Source: Chlamydiota bacterium (GTDB lineage: Bacteria > Auribacterota > JACPWU01). Taken from it: DNA of 17,929 nt. The translations under genes were made by a program, and so were the position numbers. The notes under the pieces are model-generated. The model did no database searches. It was not told the origin of the DNA and worked only from the letters and a program-made list of their open reading frames with translations. Shown here one piece after another: positions 1-12,000 of this stretch. The stretch covers positions 1-17,929 of the forward strand of contig JACPWU010000065.1 of NCBI GenBank assembly GCA_016196885.1, written 5' to 3'. Position 1 is the stretch's first letter, and each line of letters begins with the position of its first letter.

Positions 1-3000
1 CTGATCAAAGAAAACCTCCTTAGTTCGAACTAAGCCCATCGCTTCAATCACTTCGTGATCTGCCTCTGGAAATAGGATGTGCGCAGTTTCATGCACAATT
101 GTGGCCTCATCCAGCAGCTCTACCTGAAAGAATATTTCCTTGCCCACAGGGTCCGTGAAGCCAACCGCGATTGTGGGTAATCGCATGGCCTCCTGTAGTA
201 GCATGACGAGGAAGAGAGATACCCCTAAACTAAAAATCACGACCTCAAAAATCGCCCATAGCCTTCTCTTTGTCTCTACCAGGCCAAACACGCCAGCCAC
301 CATCAGGAGTACCGAACACACCATAGCATACAGAAAAGAAGATCCGTGGAAGAGTAAGTTGAGCACGGTGAGTGGAAAGACGTTATGCAAGTGATGAATT
401 TCTTCCGGTGAAAGGCTGGGTTTCACGCGTCGTACCAGCAACGCTTGTTCTTTAACGATCATCTCCACTTGTTTATCGCCAAACCCCCGTCCGACGAGTT
501 CTTCAGTAATCTGTTGCTCCTGACTTAGGGAACCTCGCCCATCCATGCCCTTTATCCCTGTGTTGACCATGAGGCCACCAAGTGCAATACCAGAGAACAA
601 AGGGAGCATGAGCAGTCTGCTTCGAACGCGATGCCATCCCCCATTACCCACGGTGTTAGTTGGGGTCATTAAAGAAACTTCTCCGGTTTCTTTAAGCCGC
701 ATTAAGGATCTAATTTTATTTCGCGGCGAATCCGGCAGACTTTGCCAGAAGGCATAAATCCCTAGAAGAGCGAATGTCCCCAAAACAGCTCCCCATATCA
801 TATTGGAAGATCCGAAAAGCCCTAGCACGCCCCGACTAAGCTCGACCGCCCCAGCCTGATGGGATGCCAAAAGAGCAATCGCCGCGCCCGCCGCTAAAAA
901 TAAGGCCGTGATAAACTCTGTCCCTCCTGAACCTTCTTCACCGAGCGTCCTCGCGCTCCCCGATGCCCCATCAACCACCTGCAAAGTCATGACTTGATCT
1001 TCATCGGGCGCTGACAGTGAAACGGGGCCCTTATCATTATATTCTTTCTCAAAGCGGTAAAAAAAGCCTGGATTTAAAATAGTATTGCCTATCCGCAAAT
1101 TATCGTTCGTCAGCCTTTCCATCTTTAAATCGTAGGCGCCAGGATCAAATTCTGTATATCTATCCAGCGGCACATCTGAAATAAACAATACCCGGCTGCC
1201 ATCTTCACACACTTTTTGCGCCTTTACAGGCCCCTGATAAAAACATTTGTGGGGTTGAAAAGAAAAACTGGTGCTCCAAAAAACATCCATGCCGCGGCTC
1301 AAATACTTTTCTGCTGTTGCATCGGTATCATGGGCATCTCCAATGTAATAAATAATTGCATGGGTTATTCCATCCATTTTAAAGCGAATCAAAGACTTAA
1401 CGCTATCTTGTGGCCTCTCCCTTAAGATACTTCTTTTTGCGCTATAGGGCAGTCTTATTCTTTCTCCACTCATACGATCTAGATACTCCAGAACTCCTCC
1501 TCCTTCACTCCCAATATCCTGATGTTTGTAAAAGACTTTTTCGGTTCCATCATTTAACGTATAAATCAATCCACGCCATTGTGTAGATTCGTATAAAAGA
1601 AATGACCGTTCTGTAACAAAAGGTATTTCCAGGTCCTGAATAAAGCCTGATCTCTCCAGATACTTCATTTTTTCGATTAAGCCATAAGGCCAATCCGCAT
1701 CCTCGCTTACATAGACATGCTGGCTGGGGATCCCCAATGCTTTAGCGACTAAAATGAGGCTAAGATCCTCCCCTGCCGCGGGATAATAAAACCTTACAAA
1801 ACCGTGATTTTGCAATTCCGGAAGGCTGTCAAAAATTTTACGAGCCACTCCTTGGTAGTCCAGTATGGAATTATTTGCTCTGCCGAGCAAATCCGGACTA
1901 AAAGAGCTGGGTTTCTCTGTGTAAGGACTTACAAAATTTTTCTGCGCAGCCCTCAATAATTCAAAAAAGAACAAAGAATTTCTTGTATCAATCACTGTCT
2001 CCAATGTTTCCAGGATATGCTCTATTAAGACGCCTTCAGGTAATATATGAAGGACAGCTTTGACATCCTGAATCGCCAACTCCCTTGCTTCAAAAAGCTC
2101 CTGCAGCATACTGTGCGTAATTCCCACACCCAAGAGGATTTGCAGAATCTCCTTTTTCTTGCTGTGGTTTTGAGCCAGCTTTTCAAAAAAGATCCGATTA
2201 ATCCCGATAGCATCACCCCTCCTCTCAAAAAGTTCATTTGATTGATCAAGAGATACAAGTGTCACAACCGGCGGCCACTGGACAGGCGGATTTTTTAAGC
2301 TGATATCCCTCGCCTCAAGTCCTTTTTTGATTAACGTCATGAGTTCCTGATCCGAGGCAATAACTCCGCTATCTTTCAACTGTTGAATTAATTCTTCCGA
2401 AACAGAAAATCGTGTTGAATGATATGGCAGCAAAGCATTCCCGTCATTCAGTCTTAAATCCTCGAATTGTATTCCATGATTGACAAGCATCGAAACAGCA
2501 TCTTGTGAATGATCCTTTTCATGCAACGGTGCAAACGAGACCGATTCCGGGAGTTCACCGATTCTAGAAAATTCATCTTGTCCCAAAAATTTCCCTGCAT
2601 CTTGAGGGTGCAAATAGCTTTCAAAAAATTCTCTCACGACCTGGGATAGATCCACGTTATCCGGATTTTCAATTGCAATAAATTCGCTGAATAGGTCATC
2701 ATAATCAAATTTAATCCCTTTACTTGCTAAAAATTCCTTCAGCCTTCGGTGCCAGTCATTATGAAGGTTTGCAGGCAGGGTTTCCCCTATCTGGTTTAAC
2801 TCTTTAACAAAGTCATTTCCACCACCTGCTATGCTCTGCAACTGAATCAGTTGTTGCAGCCGCGCGGGAAGATATTGGACCAGATCAAACCGGACAAGGA
2901 GGTTGTTGATAAAGTGGATGCCAATGGGTGCGATAAGGCTGAATAATCCAATGAGGGCGAGATCCGCAACGATAGCCGCTGTGATGGTTTGTGCGGGAAC

Positions 3001-6000
3001 AAGAACAATCAACGCACCAATGATAAATGGCACTGCCGCAAACCATCCCATCGCCCTTCCAAAGTTGAGATGGGCACGGTATTCGACATTCGCTTTGCTC
3101 AGGATGACGTCCTGAGTCAGATTGCCACGGCCTCCTTCGGCAAGCTCTGGCTCCCTCGCAATGACGCCTTGATGTTTCACCCACGCCCCATAATGCGTAT
3201 CAGCAAATTTTCTGGCCTGGTATTCGATGACAAGCGGCATCAGCGCGATGGCAAGAATTCCTCCAGGCAGGACCAGAGCCGGAGCAAGGCTTGATATGCT
3301 GAAAACACCCACCATCAGAGCCCCAATCCCCGCCAGCGTCAGTCCCCTAAAAACCACTTCTTCCCATTGATCTACAGCGCTCAATACCACATTCGCCGCT
3401 GGCTCCGGCAAATACCGCCTGATAAATTCATAGAGCTTGCTCTTATCTAAAATGGATTGCGGTGTCCCCTCATCATTCCAAAAATAAAGCCCTTCCCCAT
3501 GCGCCAGGGGAAATAAAATTGCGCCCAGAGCTAGGCCGATGGCTCGGCCTGACATCAAATCCAAGCCCAGAGTAAGATGAAGTAGCCAAGCAAGCCCTTC
3601 CATTAAAATACCAGTAAATCCAATCTCCTCCCCCCCACTCCATTTCGCTTTCTTTTCATCGGGAACCCCAAACCGATCGAGAAGGCGATAAAAGAAACGC
3701 GTGAGACCAAGAGGGTTTTCACTGTCACTACTTGTTTCTTTGATCTCTAAAGCATGCGACCCGAAATTTGGATTATCTTTGACAAAAAAGTTCCCAGAAG
3801 TAGTTTGGTTTCCAGGAAAGCGTCGATCGGTTTGAATGGGCTCCCCATCTTTCAGACTTTGGAGTCTGATAAAGCGCTCAACGCTTCTGGGTTCATAGTC
3901 TGACGGAGACTTCAGGGAATTTGCCGGAATATGTTGTGGATCGGCCTGGGCAACCATCGACAAACCCATTGAAAATAAGACATTTTCTACTTGTTTTAAG
4001 AGGGCTTGCTGAAGTCCTTGACTTTGGTATCCAGGGGCAAGATAAATAAAATTAGACCCCACAAAAGGAAGCCCATTTTGATCAATACCGAACCAGCATT
4101 TGAGCCAGCCAACTTGTTTCCCACCCCTCGATTCTGTACTCATTTGAAAGAAAAAGGTAGTTGCATCTGTAATCCAGCGATGAGCATTTCTATCATAAAT
4201 ACCATTGCCAAAAGCATTACCCACCTTAGGGTCCGATGTATTACAACAGTGAGCACCATCTGAAAATCTCAAAATTTCAAAAAGATCCCGTTTATCTACA
4301 TAATCTAAATAGACAACAGATGAAATTTCTTGCGCGACAGAAGTCTGTGATGAAAAATTTGAAAAACTTGCTATCAAATCTCCTGCTGTTTCATCGAAGC
4401 TTGCTTTCAAAACTCTCTCATCCATACCAAATTTTTTGGCAAGGTCAGAAAGAAAAGTTCTAAGAGCCTCTTCTGGGGTTATTCCCTTACGTTGCGCACG
4501 ATGTTCCAGAGCGCGAATGACTGTCTCAATGCCCCTTTTGGCGCTTAAGATATCCCAATTTTCGAGCCATGTTTCTTTATTTTTAAGATCGAGTGAATCT
4601 TTTTTGTTTTGAAAGAAAGCCTTGTAATGAGGATTGTCTCTAAAGAAATAACCCCAGCTTTTTGCAGCATCTTTATTCCATTTGATTAAGAGTCCGCCCT
4701 GGAATAATCGTTCGTCAAAATCCCGTATTTTCTCAAACATACCTTGATCACCCACCTGATGGGCCTGGGAAACAATTGCTTCAACCTCCTCTTTCCTCTG
4801 GGAAATTCCTTCAGATCCTTGCTTTTCTAATCGTGCAAGCTCCTTCGAAATAAAGCGAATCATGCTGCTCAATTTAAGAAGATTTGATAAGTTGGCAGAA
4901 GAAGTTTGAAAGCTTTTCTGTGCCTGTTCCCTCATCCCTTCCTGACCCTGATCTTGAGAAATCAAACTATCAATGCGTTGAGGAATAAACCTTCCCTCTC
5001 CATCTAAAAAGGCAGAATTAGTAGGCAGAGAAGGGCGTCCCTTTAACAGAAAATCCATCATCTGGCGAGCGTCCATTTCAGGAACGCCTGCCTTTACAAA
5101 CGCTGATCTGAGGGTGACGTTGACGACCGATGTGTCTTCCAAATCTAAACTTTGAGAAGCCTTCTGAATAATGGCTTTAAATCGGTCATAACTGATAGGG
5201 CTAACCCCCGAATATGAAAAGGGAGAAGGGCGCAAGCAATAATAGGCCAACATGAGATGTTCATCCTGGACAAGTGCTCTTACCATGACCCGATAATCTC
5301 TTAAAGCATCTAATGCCGTTAACTTTTGCTGACCTTCTTTAATCTCTGCAATCGTCATACTTGCGTTACTGACCTTCTCCAACAAAATCCATGGAGGGAC
5401 GATGCTTCCTAATTCTTGATGTGCCGCAGTGAGAATGGGCAATGAATCTTCTTTAATATTAAGATACGCTTCGTCGAGAATTCCTGCTCGTGCCAAACCG
5501 CCGATCACTTCTATTCTTAAACCAGGGTCTATATTAGATTGATAAATAAATGGGTACAGGGCTGACAGACTATGACTTCCTAAAATTGCTAGAATAATCA
5601 ATCTTTCTTGATCGCCCACATCCACATAAAGCTGATCTCGTTTAGAAACACGCGACAGCACAGACTGTGCAACGCCACTCAAATAACTCTGAGCATCATT
5701 GAACCCCGCATGAGTCAGCCAACACATGATCTTTAAAGCCTTTTTAAAATCATCATCTGGACGCTTCCAACGTTTCATTTCACCGCAAAGATAAGCAACA
5801 TCTGTCCGATCTACTTTTCCTTGATCCATGCTGCGAATTTTGACAATTCTGGCTCTCTGGGAAAGGGTCAGACTCTCTTGTCTCATCATGCGATAACACT
5901 GATCTGGATTTCCAAGAATCTCTTCTAAGGAAAATATACCCGCACTCTTCAGTCGACTTAAAACCTCTGTGTTTTCAGGTTTTAAAGGTTCCGAGAAATC

Positions 6001-9000
6001 AGTTAAAAGTCTTGATAACATGATTTGATCATGAAAATAGGAGGTCACGGCATCATGATGCGAAACAAGAGTTTCTACAAGCCTGGCCCAGGCCACTCGC
6101 ATTTCTAAATCTTGATCTGTAAGTCCTCGCTTTACAAGGCTCAAAAAATCATCATCGACCTCTTCCCTTGTCACAAATCCTTTGCTGACCATCACCTCAA
6201 GACTACGAATCACTTTGGAACGAACTGAAGAGTCAATATCACTTTTTACAAGCCCTACAAATCGACGAAAACCATTCTTTCGCTCTAAAACCTCACCTCC
6301 TAAGGCTCCCTTCTCAATCAAAATCCCTAAAGCAATGGCATTGCTTGAAAAACTTTTTCTGGAATAGTGGATCTCGTAAGGTTCTAAATTAGAAAATAAA
6401 TTATCTAAAGGAAGATGCTTTTCTACAAATCTTGCATTCCATACCCCAACTTCTACCAAGATCCCAATCATTTCTGCCGTTTCTTCGTATAGTATTTTCA
6501 AGTCCTTGTTGATCAGCAGCCTCGCAATATTATTCCACAGTTTCTGCGGATCCAAGGAGCGGATCTCCTCTTCATATTGACCTGTCTCTTTTAAGGCTTT
6601 TAGAACGCTCGCACACAACTGAGCATTTCGACCCACACTAATCCGATCTCCTAAAACATTCATTAAATCGTATGCGAGAACTTTCTTTTTTGAGATCCAA
6701 CGACTTCGGATAAGAATTTCAAGGTATTTAAGAATGGAAGTTTCGTTATAATTATGGTGTTGAAGAGAAGAGAGCCAATGGGGTAAAGAAATTTTTCCAA
6801 CAACTTTTTTTCGAGGTATCCATTCTGTATCTACCAACAAGGCAAGCACCTTCAGGGCATTCAAAACATCCTCGCCTTTCCTTCCTTCTCTCAAATAAGG
6901 GATCGCCGTGCTTGCGATTTTATCCATAGCCCCTTTAAATTTTTCATCCACCAAACCCATCTCTATTAATAACCTTAAACTTTTTATAGGAGTTTCTCCC
7001 TCAAATCCAATAAGATAACGAGATATATTCCTCATCCATTGATCTATAGGAAGCTCTTTCCTTAAGATATCTGCGCTAACCCACCCTTTGTCCATCATCA
7101 ATTTTAAACACTCGAGAATATTGAAAATATAATTTCCCCTAGCAAATTGAGCTGACTGCATGAGTGATCTGAGAACTCTTTCTCGATCCTTTTCATGTCC
7201 TTCAAAGAAATCTCCTTGGAGTAAAAACCTTGCTGAATCAGGAGCAAAAAAGAAATAGTCTAATTTTTTTATAGTTTCGTTTAATCCATGAAAAAAATAT
7301 TCTGCTCTCTCTAAATTTTGATCGAGCATCTGAGAAATAGCAGTAGCTGTTTCAGACTGTGATTGAGCTCCCACCATCCCCGCAGGCCATTCAAACTTTC
7401 TGGCAAACCAGGTGCTGTAGAGGCTGTGCAAAATGCCTGCCGTGAGAATCACAAGAGTGCTGGACACAATTACAGGTAAACTCCAAATCAAAGAGATTGC
7501 CACAATCGACAAAAGAGCCACAAGCCGAATCACCAGCCCTGCCCCAGAAAGTTTTCGTAAGGCCTTCCAAAAATCTCGTCCTAATGCCTGTCTTTTTTTA
7601 AATTCGAACTTTCCATTCTCCCAAAAATAAAACCCCTCCCCATGCGCCAGTGGAAACAGAATACCGCTCAGGCCCAAACCCATCACCCGTCCTAATGTCA
7701 GATCCCAACCCCAAGCCAGATGAAGCGCCCAAGCCAAACCCTCAATCAAAACCCCCGTAAATCCAATTTCCTCCACCCCACTCCATTTGGCTTTCTGTTC
7801 ATCAGGAACCCCAAATCGATCGAGAAGACGATAAAACCAAGGCATGAGGCCAAGCGCTCGACCTTGTGAAGGCATCCTAGACGATAGATTTGCTGCATGC
7901 ACAGTTCCACGAACGAGGGGGTTCAGGCCTGCTGGAAGAGAACGAGCACTGTCTGTGGATGGCGGCGGCTTTATTCCCAAATGCCTTCCCAAATCACCCA
8001 GGGGCAGTGTTGGGCGTGTCATCTTGAGAAGACCCAGCCGCGTCACAACGTCCTTCATTTCATCTTCATTGGGCTCGGTGTCAAATAAAACAAATCTTCT
8101 ATAATGTTTGACATCTTCTGTCCCAATGCCGACGAAGATCATGTTCACGCCATATTCTTTTTCAAAATTCTCAACTTTTTTTTCTAATTGTCTCCATTGT
8201 TCTGGAGTGGGAGGGTCGCCAAAGGCTCTTTCCCCTCCATCGGTGAACACAATTTCCACTTTGTTCTTTTGCTTCTTTTTATCCGCATATTTTTGTTTTA
8301 AGCCTTCAATTAAATGCAGGGTATTAATCCCGCCGCCGTCCTGCATGTTCCACATTCTATTGGGACCGGTTCTCACCTTCTCAACATCCCCCGTTTCGTT
8401 GAATCCAAACACAGGATGATAATCTTCCCCGATCACACCGAGTGCGTGTCCGACACTTCTATGGCCCTGTCCCGCCTTTCGCATGAGGGCAGAAAAGAAT
8501 TTCGTAAGTTCGGTGAAGGATCGAACAAGGTTATCTCTCATGGTGATACTTCCGCTGCCATCCACGGTTATTCCCATCCATAGTTCAGGCTCTGCATCTT
8601 CATAGGCGGTTGATTTAATGACGCGGGACATTCCCAGCTGCCACCTTCGCATATCAATTTTTCCAATCCCACTTCTTTTATAAACGTCCTCACCCTGAGG
8701 CTCTGAGGCAAAGAGGGCCATGAGCCGTTTTGCAAATCCTCCCAGTCTCTTGCCGTATTCTTCAAGCCAATCCCCGCTCACTATTTGGCGTCTCCCCGCT
8801 GAAGGCGCCTCTCCTTTAGATTCGCCTGGTTTCCCTCCTGTAGCCTTCCCTTCTTTGTCATGCTCTATTTCTTTGGCGTGGCCCTCACTTCCGCTTTCTT
8901 CCTCTATTTCTATGTTTTGCTCAATTTGCCTCCCAGATGCTTCGTCTAAATCCTCCATTTCCACATTTGGACCTTGCGCCAATCCGTCTGCAATTTCATG

Positions 9001-12000
9001 GATGCTATTTCCTGTTCCACGACCCCCTGCCATCTTGTATCTTCCGCCCTTAGCGCTTGATAAATCGTAATCACCTTGAAATTTCTTTTTCCAGGCCTCT
9101 TGATACATGGCAATCGCGATATTTCTGACGGTTTCATCATTTAATTTAAGTCGCTCAATCGCGTTTAAAATAGCTTGGGCGCGATCATCTTCAAATAGGT
9201 CTGTGATTTCTTCTATGCGTTTTAATTGATCATCCTCTGCATTTTCTCGCTTAAGCATTCTTAAATAGCCGTTGAGGATTCCTTTGGCGGCCTGGCTGTA
9301 ATAGGATTTTTCGTCTTTGTCGGTCTGAAGCTGTCTTGCCAACTCATTTTTTAAATATTCTTTTGGGTTAAGTCCAAAAATGAGGGGGAATAACATGGAG
9401 AAAAGTTCTATGTTGTCATGGAGTTTAATCACCTCTTCTCCATGAAGCCTCATTTGATCTATGAAATGTCCCAGTTCATGAGAGCCAACTTGTGAAAAAG
9501 CGCTTTTCTCGTTCATACCGCTTAAGGCGCTTTTGTAAGCCAGAACGTAATCTCCTCCCTTGAATACTCCCCGTGCCGCTTCTTCCTCGGCAAAGGGGTG
9601 CTTTTCCACCAAATAGGCGTGAAGTGGGAGTTGGGCTTTGTATTTTTCAGCGTTGATTCCCAATTTCTGGAGATCTGATTCTTCGAGTGCGAGGGTTTCT
9701 AAAATAGGTTCGCTGTGAATAAGAAGATAAAGTTTATTCTCCTTTTCAAGGGCAAAACTGAATATAAACCGTTTAAGCGATTCATTTTTAAGGACGATGC
9801 TTCGCAGTTGATTCATGGCTAATTCAATTCCTGTCTCACTCACTTTTTCTCCTTTGAATAAGGCATGAAGATTTTTTGTCCATGCTTCAAGTGCGAAATC
9901 AAGTCCCTGTGTCAGGGTTTCGATTTCTTGCTGCAATGATTCATCCATTGTCCCAGCGCTCAGGGCGAGGAGATAATCGCGTAATACATGATCCAGAAAA
10001 TGTTGGTATTTTTGTAGGGGACTAGAAAGGGTTTGAATCCGATCCAGCTCTGTTCTTATTTTTGAAAGGCTGTATTTAAAATTCAGGTCTTTTTTTATTT
10101 TGATGGGCGGTGCTCTTTCTTTTTCTGACTTTTGAATCGTTCTTTCTACGGTGCCTTCCAAGCGAGGGTAGGTTTTGTAGGTCATTTCGCCACTTGAGGC
10201 AGGTTTCAACTCTTCTATCGGCAAGGCGTTATCAGAATGATATGTCATCGCAGTTCTCACTTGCGCGAAGGATTCAGATCGGTCCAGCTCTTTCATTCGG
10301 CGTGTGTGGAGCCCCATCAGGATTTCCGCGAGATCCTCCCTCTTCACCCGTGGAGATTCTAAATAGCGGTGCAGAACGGGAACCCATATTTTATGGGCTG
10401 ATTCAAGGAGGTCTGGCGAAAAGGTTGAACGACCTTCATAAGTACCCGCGGGATTACCTGCTAAGATGAGAATCACCTCTGGATCAAGCTCTACTTCAAA
10501 TCGAGCACCAGCCAGATAATAGGTGAATTGTCGTCTGCCCTCAAACAGGGGTCTGAGGCAGTGCATGATTTCAGGGGCGGTGTTAGCCTCGTCTATGAAT
10601 AGAATTTTTCTTTGGGTGTGACTCGTCATTCCTTCAGCATTGTAGTATTGACCATTGATTTTACCCAGTTGGCTAAAGAAGCCCTTCATTTGTAATGAGA
10701 GTTGACGCTGGGAGCCCCTCCCTTGCCCCGCTTCCATTCGAGCGATGATGCTGTCCGGTTCCATTCCTTTGTACGCAGTGAGTGTGTGGACAGGGATGCC
10801 TGTGATGGCGCCGAGATTTCGGACAAGGGTGCTTTTGGACCCGCCTGTTTCACCCATGAGGACAATAGGTCGCGGTAAAATGATACGGCCCTGTGTGTCC
10901 CGAATGCGCCGTGTGGCCCACATCACACTTTCCATCACTTCGTTAATCACTCCGTAATGTTTGAGGTAATCCATTTTTGGTACTTCTTCGGGAGGCAAGG
11001 CCGTTTCATTCGGCAAAAGAGGCATTCCCCCGATGGACTCAATGAGGCTTAATTCTAATGTGAGATGATCCGCATCTTCCCGGACTTTTAAGCCTCCAGA
11101 AAGCTCCATTTCTCCGCCTTGATAGAGATAGCGGTTAAACGGGGTCTGAATCGTGTATCCACTTTGCGTCTTTTGTATTTGAATTCCATTGGCAAATGTT
11201 TTCCCGTTTTCCAGCTCTGATTTGGTTATTGGAATCGTCACCGTTTTTCTTTTCACATCTCTTAACTCGTTTTCTAATGCTTGAATAGTTTGAGCGTTGA
11301 TCCCTTCATATCGAAATACTTCTGTGATGAGACGTTCTAAATAAATGGATCTATCAGAGGGTTTGCCGACTTCATTCATGCCTTGTCCGTAAAGGCGAAG
11401 GATGTTGCACAGCACCGTTCTGACAGAATCTATTTCGGTGACGCCACTTGTCATCTGGCGCTTTTTATCCCATAGCACCAGCTCGGCCAAATGTCGAGCA
11501 TCCTTGACGCTGTATCCATATCGAGTGTTCAATTTCTGGCGTTCGATGTTGAGATGGAGATCATGAAGTCCCATGTCCAAATACCACGCCAGTTTTGAGG
11601 ATTGAACGATGAGCGTTTTTTCTTCTTCGGTGAGACCCTCATGATATCGATCAAGGTAGCTCTCCATTTCATCCTCTTCTGTGACAGCGCTCAGGGCAAT
11701 TTTTTGGAATCGGTTGTAAAAGGGTGATGAAAATTGTTTGGTACGAGTGGATGCGGTTGAGGCAACGATGTGAATATGCGAAGGTAAACGGTAATTTTTT
11801 TGCTCAATGCGGATCTCTCCTGTATTTAAAAAATCGTTAAGCCGTTCAAGCTCTTCGTCTCTCAAAAGTTCGAGGCTAGAGAGATAAAGGATTTTGTCCG
11901 GTTCTCCTTGAGAAGGGGGCTTTCCTTCTTCAACCAGATGTTCGCCCAAGAAGCCCAATAAAGTCGCTTCTTCATCGGTTCCTACGGCCAGGCCGTTTTC

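Noticed and set aside
2212-2220. RGD tripeptide (FERRGDAIG) as a host integrin-binding motif
   Set aside because: About one RGD is expected by chance in roughly 6,000 residues, and nothing in the context supports it.
7843-7845. Three separate genes, each starting at a TM module (an in-frame ATG gives MPWFYRLL at copy 2)
   Set aside because: There is no in-frame stop upstream of any module. No Shine-Dalgarno-like GGAGG lies in the ~25 nt preceding the ATG (ccttcacaaggtcgagcgcttggcctc). Copy 3 has Thr-Arg-Phe (TRF) at the residues aligned with Met-Pro-Trp of copy 2, so no start there. An ancestral gene fusion remains possible, but the present sequence is one ORF.
8176-8183. Homopolymer runs (T8 here, equal to A8 on the coding strand; T7 runs near 7264, 10090, 12751 and 15571) as slipped-strand phase-variation switches
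   Set aside because: These runs encode Lys-Lys or Lys-Lys-Lys (AAA codons) in a Lys-rich protein. Lengths of 7-8 are unremarkable at this base composition. Without population data there is no evidence of length variation.
2025-9140. The four minus-strand ORFs in the track (2025..2258, 2885..3184, 8568..8765, 8946..9140)
   Set aside because: They are in the two other minus frames and overlap the giant frame out of phase. At least the first starts at an alternative TTG, and none has a recognisable motif.
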